A stretch of DNA of 28,918 bases from Sphaerochaetaceae bacterium (GCA_028702575.1 JAQVOO010000008.1:1757-30674), one strand, 5' to 3'. Shown: positions 1 through 9,124, numbered from the stretch's first letter. Notes: a model not told the origin generated them from the sequence alone. A program made the numbers and translations.

Positions 1-200
1 GAAAAATTGTCTTTTTTGGAAAACGGTATGTGGGATGCTGGAGTACGGGTTAAAAAACTCAAAGGACCGACGGATAAGGTTATTTTTGAAGCCCGTATCA
101 GCAAAGGGGACCGACTCATTTTTACCCTCGGAAGAGATGGGGAACGTACTTGCATCTACCTATGGGGAGCGGTCCACCATGATAATATAAGTTCCACGGC
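1..200 (+). other. RelE/ParE-toxin-like segment at the N-terminus of the large ORF
   Basis: VRVKKLKGPTDKVIFEARISKGDRLIFTLGRDGERTCIYLWGAVHHDNI lines up with the conserved C-terminal core of E. coli RelE and ParE (KKLQG...YRLRVGDYRVIYQI.DGK.IIYVLRVGHRKDIY): KKLxG, then xxxxRI, then GDxR[LV]I[FY], then IY[LV]..G..H. The N-terminal helices of the fold would lie upstream of the window. Confidence 0.5.
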
Positions 201-3200
201 TCGGACAATCTTTCCCGACAATGCTCCGTTTTTGCACTTCGAGACTGCGAGTGAAGAGACTTTTGACGACTTGATGATCGACTCCCTATCTGATGATGTT
301 TTTACCCAGGAATCAATTGAGCAAAAGGTGCTTGAGGATTATGGTCCCCAGAAATGGATGGATATCAGTGAGGAACAACTGAAAAGGTTTTTGGGGAGAA
401 ACAATCCTGATTTCTTCGAGCTCTTTCTCTATCTGACTAGAGAGCAACAGGATGTGCTCAAACTGAAGCCTCCTGTACTACTGTCTGGAACGGCAGGTAG
501 TGGTAAAACCACACTTGCGATCTACTACCTAATGAAGGGGAGTCATACTGGCCAGGAAGTGCTGTTCGTCACCTGTAGCCATTTTCTCAGAGATTATTCC
601 GAAAAGCTATATCGGGGCTTGACTGTCCACTCCCCTTTGGAGAATGAAATCGGGGAAGTTCGGTTTGCTATGCTACGCGAACTGGTCTTGGAGATACTCT
701 CTGCAGCAAAAATCCATCCGGACCTGAAACAGGAGGTGGACCTGAAGGGCTTTATTGAGATATTCAGCCGCCATAGTCTTGCCAAGCAGTATGACCCTGA
801 ACTGGTCTGGGAGGAGATTCGCTCCATCATTAAGGGGGCGAACCCCCCTGTAAGCCTCCGCCATTACCGTACCCTTATCTCACTCTATCTGGACAGTTCC
901 CTCACTACTATCCAACTACGTCAACTAAAAGACGCTCTTCTAGCTCTGAAAGCCTATGGTTTTAGCAGAAAATTCGAAAGGATTATTGAAAAGAAGAGTT
1001 CGTGCATCGACTTCACCGACTTTGTGCAGAAACTCTCTTTACCCAATCAGCAGGCGGACTATACTACCTTCGCCTTCATCCTCGGTGAGATTCTCCGCAT
1101 CCTCGTGATGAAAGAGAACCATCTCAGCTCGCCGTTGTTATCGCTAGAGGAGTATACCAATCTGGGCAAGAAAAGAGCTCCCAATTTCCTCTATGACCGT
1201 CAGGAGATCTACAACATTGCCGAATATTATCAGGGGCAGCTAGAGGCGGAAAAACGCTTTGATGAGATTGATCTTTGTAGACGAGCGATAGTCGCTCTAG
1301 AACAACTTGGCAATCAATTCCAATGGGATCTGGTGGTAGGGGATGAAGTGCAAGATTTTTCAGACATTCAGCTCACCCTTCTTTTCAAGCTTTCCAAAAA
1401 GCCAGGAGAGATTGTGTGTGCCGGAGATCCCAAACAGATAATCAACCCCAGTGGATTTCGCTGGGAAGAACTTAAAAACCGTTTCTACGAGCAAGGGTTG
1501 CCAGTACCGACAGTTCAGCATCTGCATCTGAATTTTCGCTGTGTTGGCAGTGTGGTGCGGCTTTCCAATGCCTTGCTCAAGCTAAAGCAGCAACTGGTAG
1601 GTATCAGTGGACACGAACAGATGGAGGAGTGGAAATTCAATGGACGTCCACCGTACCTCATCCATGGTATCTCTGAGGTAGAGATGAGTCGCGAGGTGGC
1701 AACTACAGCAGCCGGACAGGTGATCCTCGTGCGTAGCGATGGTGAGAAACAACGGTTAATGAAAACCCTCAATACTGAGCTTGTCTTCACCATTAATGAA
1801 GCTAAAGGGTTGGAGTTTGATACCGTACTCCTTTGGAAATTCTCATCCGATGCCAAAGCATCCAGTATCTGGCGCAAGATTCATGCGGAAAACTACCTGG
1901 AAACGAGACACTACCCCTTGATTCGGCACGAGATTAACCTGCTGTATGTGGCCGTGACTCGGGCAAGAAACACCCTAATCATCTACGATGGAGCGCGCAC
2001 CTCCCCTGTGTGGCAGGTAGAAGCTCTTGCTCCTCATATCTTCAACACTCAAGAAAAGGATGCTTTGCAACAGATCTGGAAGCGAATATCAACAGCAAAA
2101 GAGTGGAATGAACAGGGCGATTACTTCTTTGAACGACAGCACTACTCAGTTGCCGCTGAATGCTACCGCAATAGTTTAAACGATGAGATGGGTGATGTGT
2201 GTCAAGCATACATCAAGAGAAGTGAGAAGCTCTATCTTGCCTCGGCTGCACTATTTTTGAGCCGAGGTCGAAAGGCTGAGGCTGCCCATGATTACGAGGA
2301 TGGTGGTGCGTATCATAAGGCGCTACCCCTCTGGAAGGATCTGAAACGTAAAGATCGTATCATCCCGTGCGAGATATCTCTATTGGAAACAGAAGGGAAG
2401 TATGCTGAGGCGGCCGATCTTTGGGTCCAACAAAAACGTTTCGACCGAGCTGTGGAGAATTGGAAGAAAGCAAAGGCGTTCTCAAAACTTGGCTCATATT
2501 ATTTCAAACTGCGCTCGTACAGCCTAGCAGGCGAGAATTTTGTTTCGGCAGGTCAGTTTCTGGAGGCGGCTCTCTGCTACAAACGACTGAAGCAACCTAA
2601 AAAAGCTGCTAATTATTATGTTGCTGGGGGCGACTATGAAAAAGCTCTTCCCCTCTATATCCGCCTGAAGGCTTGGGACGATGTAATTATTTGCTATACC
2701 GCCCTTGATAAACACTATCAGTTAGGTCTCTTATATGAGAAACGAAAAGAATACAAGTTAGCAATCGAGAAGTTTACTCTCTATGCCAATGGCTCAAAGG
2801 AACAGAAAACGCAACTTCTCGATGAAGCTAAAAAAATGGAGACGATTTCCCGATCGATGATTAAAGCGGGGATTCGGTACGCTGCTATGTTGCAACATAG
2901 CAAAGCGGCAGATCTATTTTTCTATAAAAATCAATTCGAACTGGCCGTCGTGGAGTATCTTCAGGTGGGTGATTTACACCATGCCGCCATCTGTTATAAC
3001 GCCCTTGGCAAAACAGAGCATGCCATCAAATTGTATGAGGAGATTGGTGATAAAGATTCGTATATAAAAGTGATTGACCTCCTACGCTCACGCATGAGAA
3101 AGGGGCGGCGCTATGATCAAAACCAGATACAGGCTTGTTATGAAACCGCTGAGTTTCATTACAGGACGAAGGAGTACAGTAAAGCTCTCACCCGTTACCT

Positions 3201-4143
3201 TGCTATAAACGAGACCGACGGAATCCTCAAGTCTGCATTGCTTGTCGCAGGGCGTGATGAGGAAGTGCTCGACTTTTTCATGCAAGAGAAAGAATCTGCC
3301 AGCGGAATTGAGTTTATCACTAAAAAAAAGGACCTAACCATCTCAAAAACCTATGTGGAGCAACTTTGCAAAAGTACTGAGTACCGGGTACCGGGGGTGT
3401 TAACCTATCACGTAGGTGAACAATTACTCCTCGAGTTGCTGGCAAAACTCTCCGCAAAGAAGAAATCGCCCTACGATCTTTCAGAAATCATACGAATATA
3501 CCTAGCCTCCTACGGGATGCTCTACCAAGTGGATCAAGTATCCAAAGCCTTCGTCAACCTAATCATCGATACCCAGTATCTCAACCATATATTCCTCATC
3601 GTCACTGAGAGTGTTCCTCTTGAGAAGTCATTTGTTGACCAGTTCAAAAAACAGATTCTTGCACGTGCGGTTTCGAGTAATGATGCTCTTTTGATGGCAC
3701 TTGCCCAAGAGAGTCTTCCTTCTACCCTAGATCCGCTACTAGAAGACCTGCCCATCGATATACACAACTACCTGCTTTTCAGTCTCTCTCCCAAACGATC
3801 AGTTGAGGCGTTTGATTTTCTCAAGCAGAGCCATGTAGATATCTCAAAGATAGAGGATTTTTGCTTCAAAGCCGAATTGCTTAAAGATCTGGCGCTTTTA
3901 CATGAGCAAGCGGAAAATTACAAGCGAGCAGCTGGAATCTATAAGGAAAATGGGGATCTCTTCGATGCGCTTAGGTGCTACACGAGAATTGAAGACTTTC
4001 TGGGTATAGCTAAAACGTTTGAAGCCATGCATCGGTTTGAGGATGCCCTCGTAGTATATACAAAGTTGGAAAAGTCCGCTGCCATAGCCAGAATGAAGAA
4101 GAAGCTGAATAAGTTACAGTATATTCAAAAGGAACTCTTTTAA
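1..4143 (+). CDS. Large multidomain protein, truncated at its 5' end by the window edge: RelE/ParE-like N-terminal module, UvrD/PcrA-like SF1 helicase core, and a long C-terminal TPR-like repeat region
   Basis: Frame 1 is open from nt 1. The ORF track starts at a TTG at 7 only because the window begins there, and the RelE-like fold would need about 40 more residues upstream. Helicase motifs read in order: Walker A LLSGTAGSGKTTLAIYY (nt ~480-530), motif II VVGDEVQDF (1336-1362), motif III AGDPKQIINP, motif IV NFRCVG, motif V TINEAKGLEFDTVLLW, motif VI YVAVTRARNTLIIY (~1945-1990). The UvrD-like LTREQQDVL lies just before Walker A. Stop TAA is at 4141-4143. Confidence 0.8.
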   Translation, partial: EKLSFLENGMWDAGVRVKKLKGPTDKVIFEARISKGDRLIFTLGRDGERTCIYLWGAVHHDNISSTARTIFPDNAPFLHFETASEETFDDLMIDSLSDDVFTQESIEQKVLEDYGPQKWMDISEEQLKRFLGRNNPDFFELFLYLTREQQDVLKLKPPVLLSGTAGSGKTTLAIYYLMKGSHTGQEVLFVTCSHFLRDYSEKLYRGLTVHSPLENEIGEVRFAMLRELVLEILSAAKIHPDLKQEVDLKGFIEIFSRHSLAKQYDPELVWEEIRSIIKGANPPVSLRHYRTLISLYLDSSLTTIQLRQLKDALLALKAYGFSRKFERIIEKKSSCIDFTDFVQKLSLPNQQADYTTFAFILGEILRILVMKENHLSSPLLSLEEYTNLGKKRAPNFLYDRQEIYNIAEYYQGQLEAEKRFDEIDLCRRAIVALEQLGNQFQWDLVVGDEVQDFSDIQLTLLFKLSKKPGEIVCAGDPKQIINPSGFRWEELKNRFYEQGLPVPTVQHLHLNFRCVGSVVRLSNALLKLKQQLVGISGHEQMEEWKFNGRPPYLIHGISEVEMSREVATTAAGQVILVRSDGEKQRLMKTLNTELVFTINEAKGLEFDTVLLWKFSSDAKASSIWRKIHAENYLETRHYPLIRHEINLLYVAVTRARNTLIIYDGARTSPVWQVEALAPHIFNTQEKDALQQIWKRISTAKEWNEQGDYFFERQHYSVAAECYRNSLNDEMGDVCQAYIKRSEKLYLASAALFLSRGRKAEAAHDYEDGGAYHKALPLWKDLKRKDRIIPCEISLLETEGKYAEAADLWVQQKRFDRAVENWKKAKAFSKLGSYYFKLRSYSLAGENFVSAGQFLEAALCYKRLKQPKKAANYYVAGGDYEKALPLYIRLKAWDDVIICYTALDKHYQLGLLYEKRKEYKLAIEKFTLYANGSKEQKTQLLDEAKKMETISRSMIKAGIRYAAMLQHSKAADLFFYKNQFELAVVEYLQVGDLHHAAICYNALGKTEHAIKLYEEIGDKDSYIKVIDLLRSRMRKGRRYDQNQIQACYETAEFHYRTKEYSKALTRYLAINETDGILKSALLVAGRDEEVLDFFMQEKESASGIEFITKKKDLTISKTYVEQLCKSTEYRVPGVLTYHVGEQLLLELLAKLSAKKKSPYDLSEIIRIYLASYGMLYQVDQVSKAFVNLIIDTQYLNHIFLIVTESVPLEKSFVDQFKKQILARAVSSNDALLMALAQESLPSTLDPLLEDLPIDIHNYLLFSLSPKRSVEAFDFLKQSHVDISKIEDFCFKAELLKDLALLHEQAENYKRAAGIYKENGDLFDALRCYTRIEDFLGIAKTFEAMHRFEDALVVYTKLEKSAAIARMKKKLNKLQYIQKELF
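2100..4140 (+). other. TPR-like alpha-helical repeat region (about 680 aa) at the C-terminus of the helicase protein
   Basis: Recurring units of roughly 34-40 aa with spaced Tyr, Ala and Leu. Examples: GAYHKALPLWKDLKRKDRII, GDYEKALPLYIRLKAWDDVI, NGDLFDALRCYTRIEDFLGI, YAEAADLWVQQKRFDRAVENWKKAKAF, AAECYRNSL, EAALCYKRLKQPKKAANYY, AAICYNALGKTEHAIKLYEE. Confidence 0.6.
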
Positions 4144-4707
4144 AAGGATAAATTCCCTCCCTCAGCTAACAATCTAATTCAAAAACAGAATTATCCACTA
4201 CGCAACATTCATTGTGACAATCGAGCTGGCCCTGATCGAAGTACCTTCATGTGGCAACCAGTGATAACTGGTAACCATACCTCTAACTTTTACGAATACA
4301 TGTTTCCCCATTATTTCTAAGATATGTGATACAAGTGTGACAAAGGGTAGGGGGGCCACTTCAAGTTGAAGAGCTTTCCAGCTTTTGCTCAAGTATATGC
4401 CTTGGTTGGTATTTTTGTACGGGAAACACCCTTAGTAAAATAAATATGAAAGGTGATGGATACATTCAGCATATAGTCGGCAAGAGCATTGCTGACATCC
4501 GGTGATAACGGCACAACAAGTGGTTTTTGGGTATTTCTTGTCCTTTCCAGTCGACTTATTTTTAACTTTCATTTGTATTGCAATTCTTGCCACATGCGAC
4601 CACTTGTGGGCATCATCGAATCAAGTCTGTATACATAGCGCAGGGCTAAAATCTTCTCCGCTAAATCAGAGAGGCCCTAAAATTAATTCCTATTACCCCA
4701 CGTTGCC

Positions 4708-5883
4708 TTAAAACCATTTTTTTCGCGTCGGCTTTAACAGGATCCCCTTTAGCCTTGCGTTGATGATATCCTTATCAAATTCCTGTGAAAAGTCTTCGCC
4801 AACCCACTCACAGACCCTGTCGTACTCTTCATCTTCGGGATCTTGAAGAACTGTAGCCTTGTATTCATATCCATATGGTCCTCCAGAATCTTCCCAAGGC
4901 GCGTCCCCCTCTCCTCTGGTACAAATGACTTCAGGTTCTCCATCGCGAAGTTCTCGTTTGCCAACATGAATAATATGTTCCCAGTAATCTCCAAAATCAT
5001 AAATGTAGGTAAATTTTTTGGAAGCCTCACCCAGATTACCAAGTGTTAATTCTTCTTCATCCAGCTCCTCTTCTTCATAAAAGGGGGGAAAACTACCCGT
5101 TCCTTCTGGAACAGGCCCAACTTTATACGGTCCTATTCTGAATTGATGCAGGTGCATATCATCCCAGCTAAAGGCTATCTGAATGATTCTATGGAGTTTT
5201 TCAAACGAGGTAAAGATGGGGACTTCAAAGCTTCTGAAGACTTTAAACTGTGGAGTTAAACGCAAAACAATTTTTAAATTCACCACTACGTGCATCTCTT
5301 TGAGTATTTCTTTGCTATTTGTTGCCAGCACTTCCTTCATCGCCTCAACAGGAACGATACGTTTATCATTGATTTTTACTTTACTATTGGAAAAGGTAGA
5401 AGCAAGTTCAGGTAGAGGTAATTCAGAATCAAGAATTTTCTTTAGCCAACGATTGAGTCGGCTCAAGATAGATTTATCAGATCCAGAAACAACGCGTACG
5501 TCGGCTCCCTCTTTTAGATAGGCTTCTATTTGGTTGGGATCATATTTTTGTAAAACAAACGCATCTCGTATAGCTGCTGTCACTTCATCACCATCAAAGT
5601 GCCAAGGATCGAACTCAAACTTTGTAATAACACAGAACCCAGTTGCCTTATTGGTAAGCACCATACAGGTATCATAATTTTCATCTATGAAGGAGGTGCC
5701 AACCCAACAAAAATGAGGTGCATACAAAGCAGTCGGATCTTGTGAACCTGATCCGATATAACGAAACAAAGCCCGCGAGCATTCAATAAGCATAATCCCT
5801 CCTCCTAATAAAATTAAAGATGATAAAACACAAGCATACACGAGCCAGAATGTTTTTCCAATATTTTTTTCAATTTTGGACAA
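4708..5883 (-). CDS. Membrane-anchored hypothetical protein with a C-terminal plasmid pRiA4b ORF-3-like domain
   Basis: N-terminal hydrophobic segment FWLVYACVLSSLILLGGGIMLI. The C-terminal half carries the family-typical motifs HQFRIG, FTYIYDFGDYWEHIIHV and PWEDSGGPYGYE, plus an acidic EEEELDEEEL stretch. It converges on the helicase ORF. Confidence 0.6.
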   Translation of the reverse strand: MSKIEKNIGKTFWLVYACVLSSLILLGGGIMLIECSRALFRYIGSGSQDPTALYAPHFCWVGTSFIDENYDTCMVLTNKATGFCVITKFEFDPWHFDGDEVTAAIRDAFVLQKYDPNQIEAYLKEGADVRVVSGSDKSILSRLNRWLKKILDSELPLPELASTFSNSKVKINDKRIVPVEAMKEVLATNSKEILKEMHVVVNLKIVLRLTPQFKVFRSFEVPIFTSFEKLHRIIQIAFSWDDMHLHQFRIGPYKVGPVPEGTGSFPPFYEEEELDEEELTLGNLGEASKKFTYIYDFGDYWEHIIHVGKRELRDGEPEVICTRGEGDAPWEDSGGPYGYEYKATVLQDPEDEEYDRVCEWVGEDFSQEFDKDIINARLKGILLKPTRKKWF

Positions 5884-6116
5884 AGAAAATCTAAAATTAC
5901 TTCCTTGACAACGGGGTTTTCATTACCGACAATCTATGTATATCATGTTCATTGATCACAAAAACTAGTTTTTTCATGAACTAAACTAGAGATGTTTTCT
6001 TTAACATATATCCAATGTTTTCTTACATGACGGTACAGTAGGTTTTCTCTAGAAATTTGGAACATGGTTAGGGAAAAAGGAATGGGTGGTGGTTAAGATT
6101 AACCTTGGAGGAAATA

Positions 6117-6476
6117 ATGAAATATTGTTGGACCACAATCAGTGTCAAAGATTTAGATGCTTCGATTGCATTTTATCGTGACATTGTAAAACTACCGGTA
6201 AAACGACGCTTTCCAGTTGGTCCGGGTAGTGAAATAGCTTTCCTTGGAGACGGAGAAACGCAAATTGAATTGATTAAGCATCCACATGAAGCTCCTCCGA
6301 TTGGTGCGGGGATTTCATTAGGTTTTGCAGTTGACTCCTTAGATGAAACTCTTGCTTTTATTGCTAAACAAGGAATTGAAGTAGAAAGTGGTCCATTCCA
6401 ACCTACTGATCAGATCAAGTTTTTTTATGTACTTGATCCTAATGGGGTACGCATCCAATTCGCACAATCAACATAG
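6117..6476 (+). CDS. VOC-family (glyoxalase / bleomycin-resistance / dioxygenase fold) protein
   Basis: Small protein with HPHEAPPIGAGISLGFAVDSLDETLAFIAKQGIEVESGPF and a C-terminal YVLDPNGVRIQF, typical of the glyoxalase-I fold. I place the start at ATG 6117, 6 nt after GGAGG (6106-6110), not at the TTG at 6105 used by the ORF track. Confidence 0.75.
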   Translation: MKYCWTTISVKDLDASIAFYRDIVKLPVKRRFPVGPGSEIAFLGDGETQIELIKHPHEAPPIGAGISLGFAVDSLDETLAFIAKQGIEVESGPFQPTDQIKFFYVLDPNGVRIQFAQST

Positions 6477-6531
6477 AAGCTATGTTTTTCATGGTGCCGT
6501 ATACAGGTAACATTATAATTCTTGCTATCCA

Positions 6532-7704
6532 TTAAGCGGGTCTTTCCTTTGTTATTTTTTGCACAATGGCGCTTAAAACAGCTGCGATAAATAGCATGAG
6601 GCTACTAATCATGAGTGCATAACCGAGGTTATGAGCTTCAGCTATCTGAGAGACGAACAAGGGGAATATCATACGGCCGATAGTTGCGCTTAAAATGCAA
6701 GAGAGGGAGATGAATGCCGTATTTTTGGGGTACCAACTAGCTGTGACCACGATATACATAGGAATAGTTGCACCAGCAAAAAAACCACATAACGCCACTA
6801 AGGCTAAGGCTAAAACAATGTTGGCAGTAAAAGGAAGTGCTACTAAAGTAAAACCGGCTAAAAGTAATCCGCCTAGCATAAAGGAGAAAGGGTTGCCCCC
6901 CTTTTGCATAATGGGCCCCATCAATAACCGTGAAATAGCGGTGCCGATCCAGAAAACAGTGAGAGATGTGGCAGTAATTGCAGCTGGTTGAAAGAGCTCA
7001 GTTTCAACATAGACAGGAATCCACGTAACACAGATAATTTGACTACCTGCATAGAAGATAATTACAAGGTTGAATAATACAAAAGCCAAATCTTTGAGAA
7101 GAGGTAGCACAGGTTCAGCTTGAACCTCTGGTATAATTACAGGACTAACATTATTAAGTTTTTGCTGTTTAGTACGCCTATAACGTTCTAAAAAGCCACC
7201 AATTAGAATTACAGCTAAAATAATACCAAGCGCACCGTAAGCCCAACGCCATGTCGGACCTTTAAATGGAAGAATAAAATAGCCTGTTAGGATTGCTCCA
7301 AGGCTATAGCAGAAGTGGAGTAACGGAATATATAATTTTCGTTTTTCGTAATAATCGCTAGCCAGAATAGCATTCGATCCACTATCTGTCAGAAATGCAC
7401 CAAACCCGATTACAAGATAGGCGATAAAGAGAAGAGTGCTTCCTGTAGAAACTGCAATTGCTAGTAGCCCAATGATTAGGACTCCATAGCCAATACGGGT
7501 AACTGTTGTCTGGCGTACGTGTTTCATGAGGACTAATGAGATTAGCATCGAGGTCAAAGAACCTATTTGTAAAAAACTCACCAACGAACCTGATTGCGAT
7601 AGGCTCATGCCAGTCGCAGCCATAATATTGGTGACTAAAGGTCCGAGAATGTTATTTGCTATGGCAAAGAAGAAGAATCCGGCAAAGAGGAAAACTGGAT
7701 GCAT
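6532..7704 (-). CDS. MFS-type transporter (probable)
   Basis: A 390-aa polytopic protein with 6 hydrophobic helices, a charged central loop (ERYRRTKQQKLNN...) and 6 more helices. This two-halves layout is typical of the major facilitator superfamily. Confidence 0.7.
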   Translation of the reverse strand: MHPVFLFAGFFFFAIANNILGPLVTNIMAATGMSLSQSGSLVSFLQIGSLTSMLISLVLMKHVRQTTVTRIGYGVLIIGLLAIAVSTGSTLLFIAYLVIGFGAFLTDSGSNAILASDYYEKRKLYIPLLHFCYSLGAILTGYFILPFKGPTWRWAYGALGIILAVILIGGFLERYRRTKQQKLNNVSPVIIPEVQAEPVLPLLKDLAFVLFNLVIIFYAGSQIICVTWIPVYVETELFQPAAITATSLTVFWIGTAISRLLMGPIMQKGGNPFSFMLGGLLLAGFTLVALPFTANIVLALALVALCGFFAGATIPMYIVVTASWYPKNTAFISLSCILSATIGRMIFPLFVSQIAEAHNLGYALMISSLMLFIAAVLSAIVQKITKERPA

Positions 7705-7765
7705 GGCACTCTATCCTTCAAGATTTTAGCAAACTGTAACATCAAAGGCTTTGGATTGCAATTGT

Positions 7766-9124
7766 TCATTCTGTGGCTGCTATTACTTGGTTTCGTCCCG
7801 AATCTTTGGCGATGTAGAGGGCATGATCAGCACTATCGATTAAATCAATCTCATTTTCACACCTATTATTAGGGTAGCTAACTACTCCAATAGAAAGAGT
7901 TACTTGAATTGCTTGGTTATTAATAAGAAGGCGAGATTCACTAGTTGCTCTTCTAAGTTGTTCGGCAATCTCTAAAGTATCGGTATGCGAGGCTCCAACA
8001 AGGGTTATTAAAAATTCATCTCCTCCGTAACGGACAAGAATATCACCATCTCTGACTACACTACGGGTAATGTTTGCAATTTGTTTCAAGAGTTTATCGC
8101 CAACAGGGTGGCCGTAGGTGTCATTAACTTGTTTGAAATGATCTATATCGAACATGATAAGTCCTAAGAAACCATCATTACTAACAGCCCGAACAAATTC
8201 TTCTCTAAGTCTAATTAAGCCAAATCTACGGTTATAGAAGGAGGTGAGAGAGTCCAGGGCAGCTAGACGTTGAACTTGGTCATAGGTAATTGCGTTATGG
8301 AGTGCCAGTCCCAGTCCGTTACAAAAGATATCCAACATTGAGATCTTAGATGCCTCAAATTCTTCCGCTTTGCCAAGGAGGAGGATTCCTAACATGATCT
8401 GTTTATATTTGATTGGTTTGATTAGTACCTGGCGCGGTCTATATTTTGTAAGGACTCCCTCTAATTTAATAGCGTCAGGTAGAGTAAGAATGCGATCTTG
8501 CTCATCAATCATAACTTCTTGAATAAGTGCGTTATGAATAAGATTTGATTTCTCACTAATTCCCTTAGCTTCAATCAGCGAGAGGTCTCCCCCCCTTATT
8601 ACAAATATTGCCCCGCTCTCTGATCTAAAATCTACCAGGAAGGTCTCTAAAGCATTACGACAAAGAGCTTCTGTATCTAAGTGTTTACTGAGCATCTGGG
8701 TATAGGCACGTAGATTCATTTCCATTTTTAGACTGGAGGCAATGGTATCTACCAAACGATTAAATGCTATAGCACTATCGCCAATAGCATCTGCAGAATC
8801 GACAGTAATGTGACATGTTAAATTGTCACAATCGATAGGTTCATTTTTGCCCGAAATTTCACCTAAGCGCGATTCGATATCACCCATATGACTAGCTAAG
8901 GTTTTAAGCCGCTTCTCGACAACTCTTTTCGCTAATGTAATATTTACGAGCCCTACCAAAAGCCCTGCGAAGATACACGCAAAACGAAACCACAGGGCAT
9001 GGGTAATTGTGTTTGAAACACCGAGTAAGGACATAAAAAAGGGGAAAATAACTCCCACCAATAAGCCAAAACCCATCATCCAAAGTGCTAAATCATTAAA
9101 TACTTTTTTTGTTATTCTTGCCAA
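7766..9124 (-). CDS. Membrane-anchored sensor diguanylate cyclase (GGDEF domain)
   Basis: Two N-terminal TM helices, a linker/sensor region, and a C-terminal GGDEF domain with intact active site LVRYGGDEFLI and the upstream FDIDHFKQVNDTYGHPVGD. Confidence 0.85.
   Translation of the reverse strand: MARITKKVFNDLALWMMGFGLLVGVIFPFFMSLLGVSNTITHALWFRFACIFAGLLVGLVNITLAKRVVEKRLKTLASHMGDIESRLGEISGKNEPIDCDNLTCHITVDSADAIGDSAIAFNRLVDTIASSLKMEMNLRAYTQMLSKHLDTEALCRNALETFLVDFRSESGAIFVIRGGDLSLIEAKGISEKSNLIHNALIQEVMIDEQDRILTLPDAIKLEGVLTKYRPRQVLIKPIKYKQIMLGILLLGKAEEFEASKISMLDIFCNGLGLALHNAITYDQVQRLAALDSLTSFYNRRFGLIRLREEFVRAVSNDGFLGLIMFDIDHFKQVNDTYGHPVGDKLLKQIANITRSVVRDGDILVRYGGDEFLITLVGASHTDTLEIAEQLRRATSESRLLINNQAIQVTLSIGVVSYPNNRCENEIDLIDSADHALYIAKDSGRNQVIAATE

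Noticed and set aside
7-30. TTG at 7 (or ATG at 28) as the true start of the large helicase ORF
   Set aside because: The frame is open back to nt 1. The RelE/ParE-like segment begins only 13 residues into the ORF and would lack the N-terminal half of its fold. The gene almost certainly starts upstream of the window.
4749-5521. Antisense and overlapping small ORFs inside the pRiA4b-like gene (4749-5042 minus, 4843-5049 plus, 5183-5521 plus)
   Set aside because: They lie wholly within a longer, motif-supported CDS and have low-complexity translations and no RBS. They are typical shadow ORFs.
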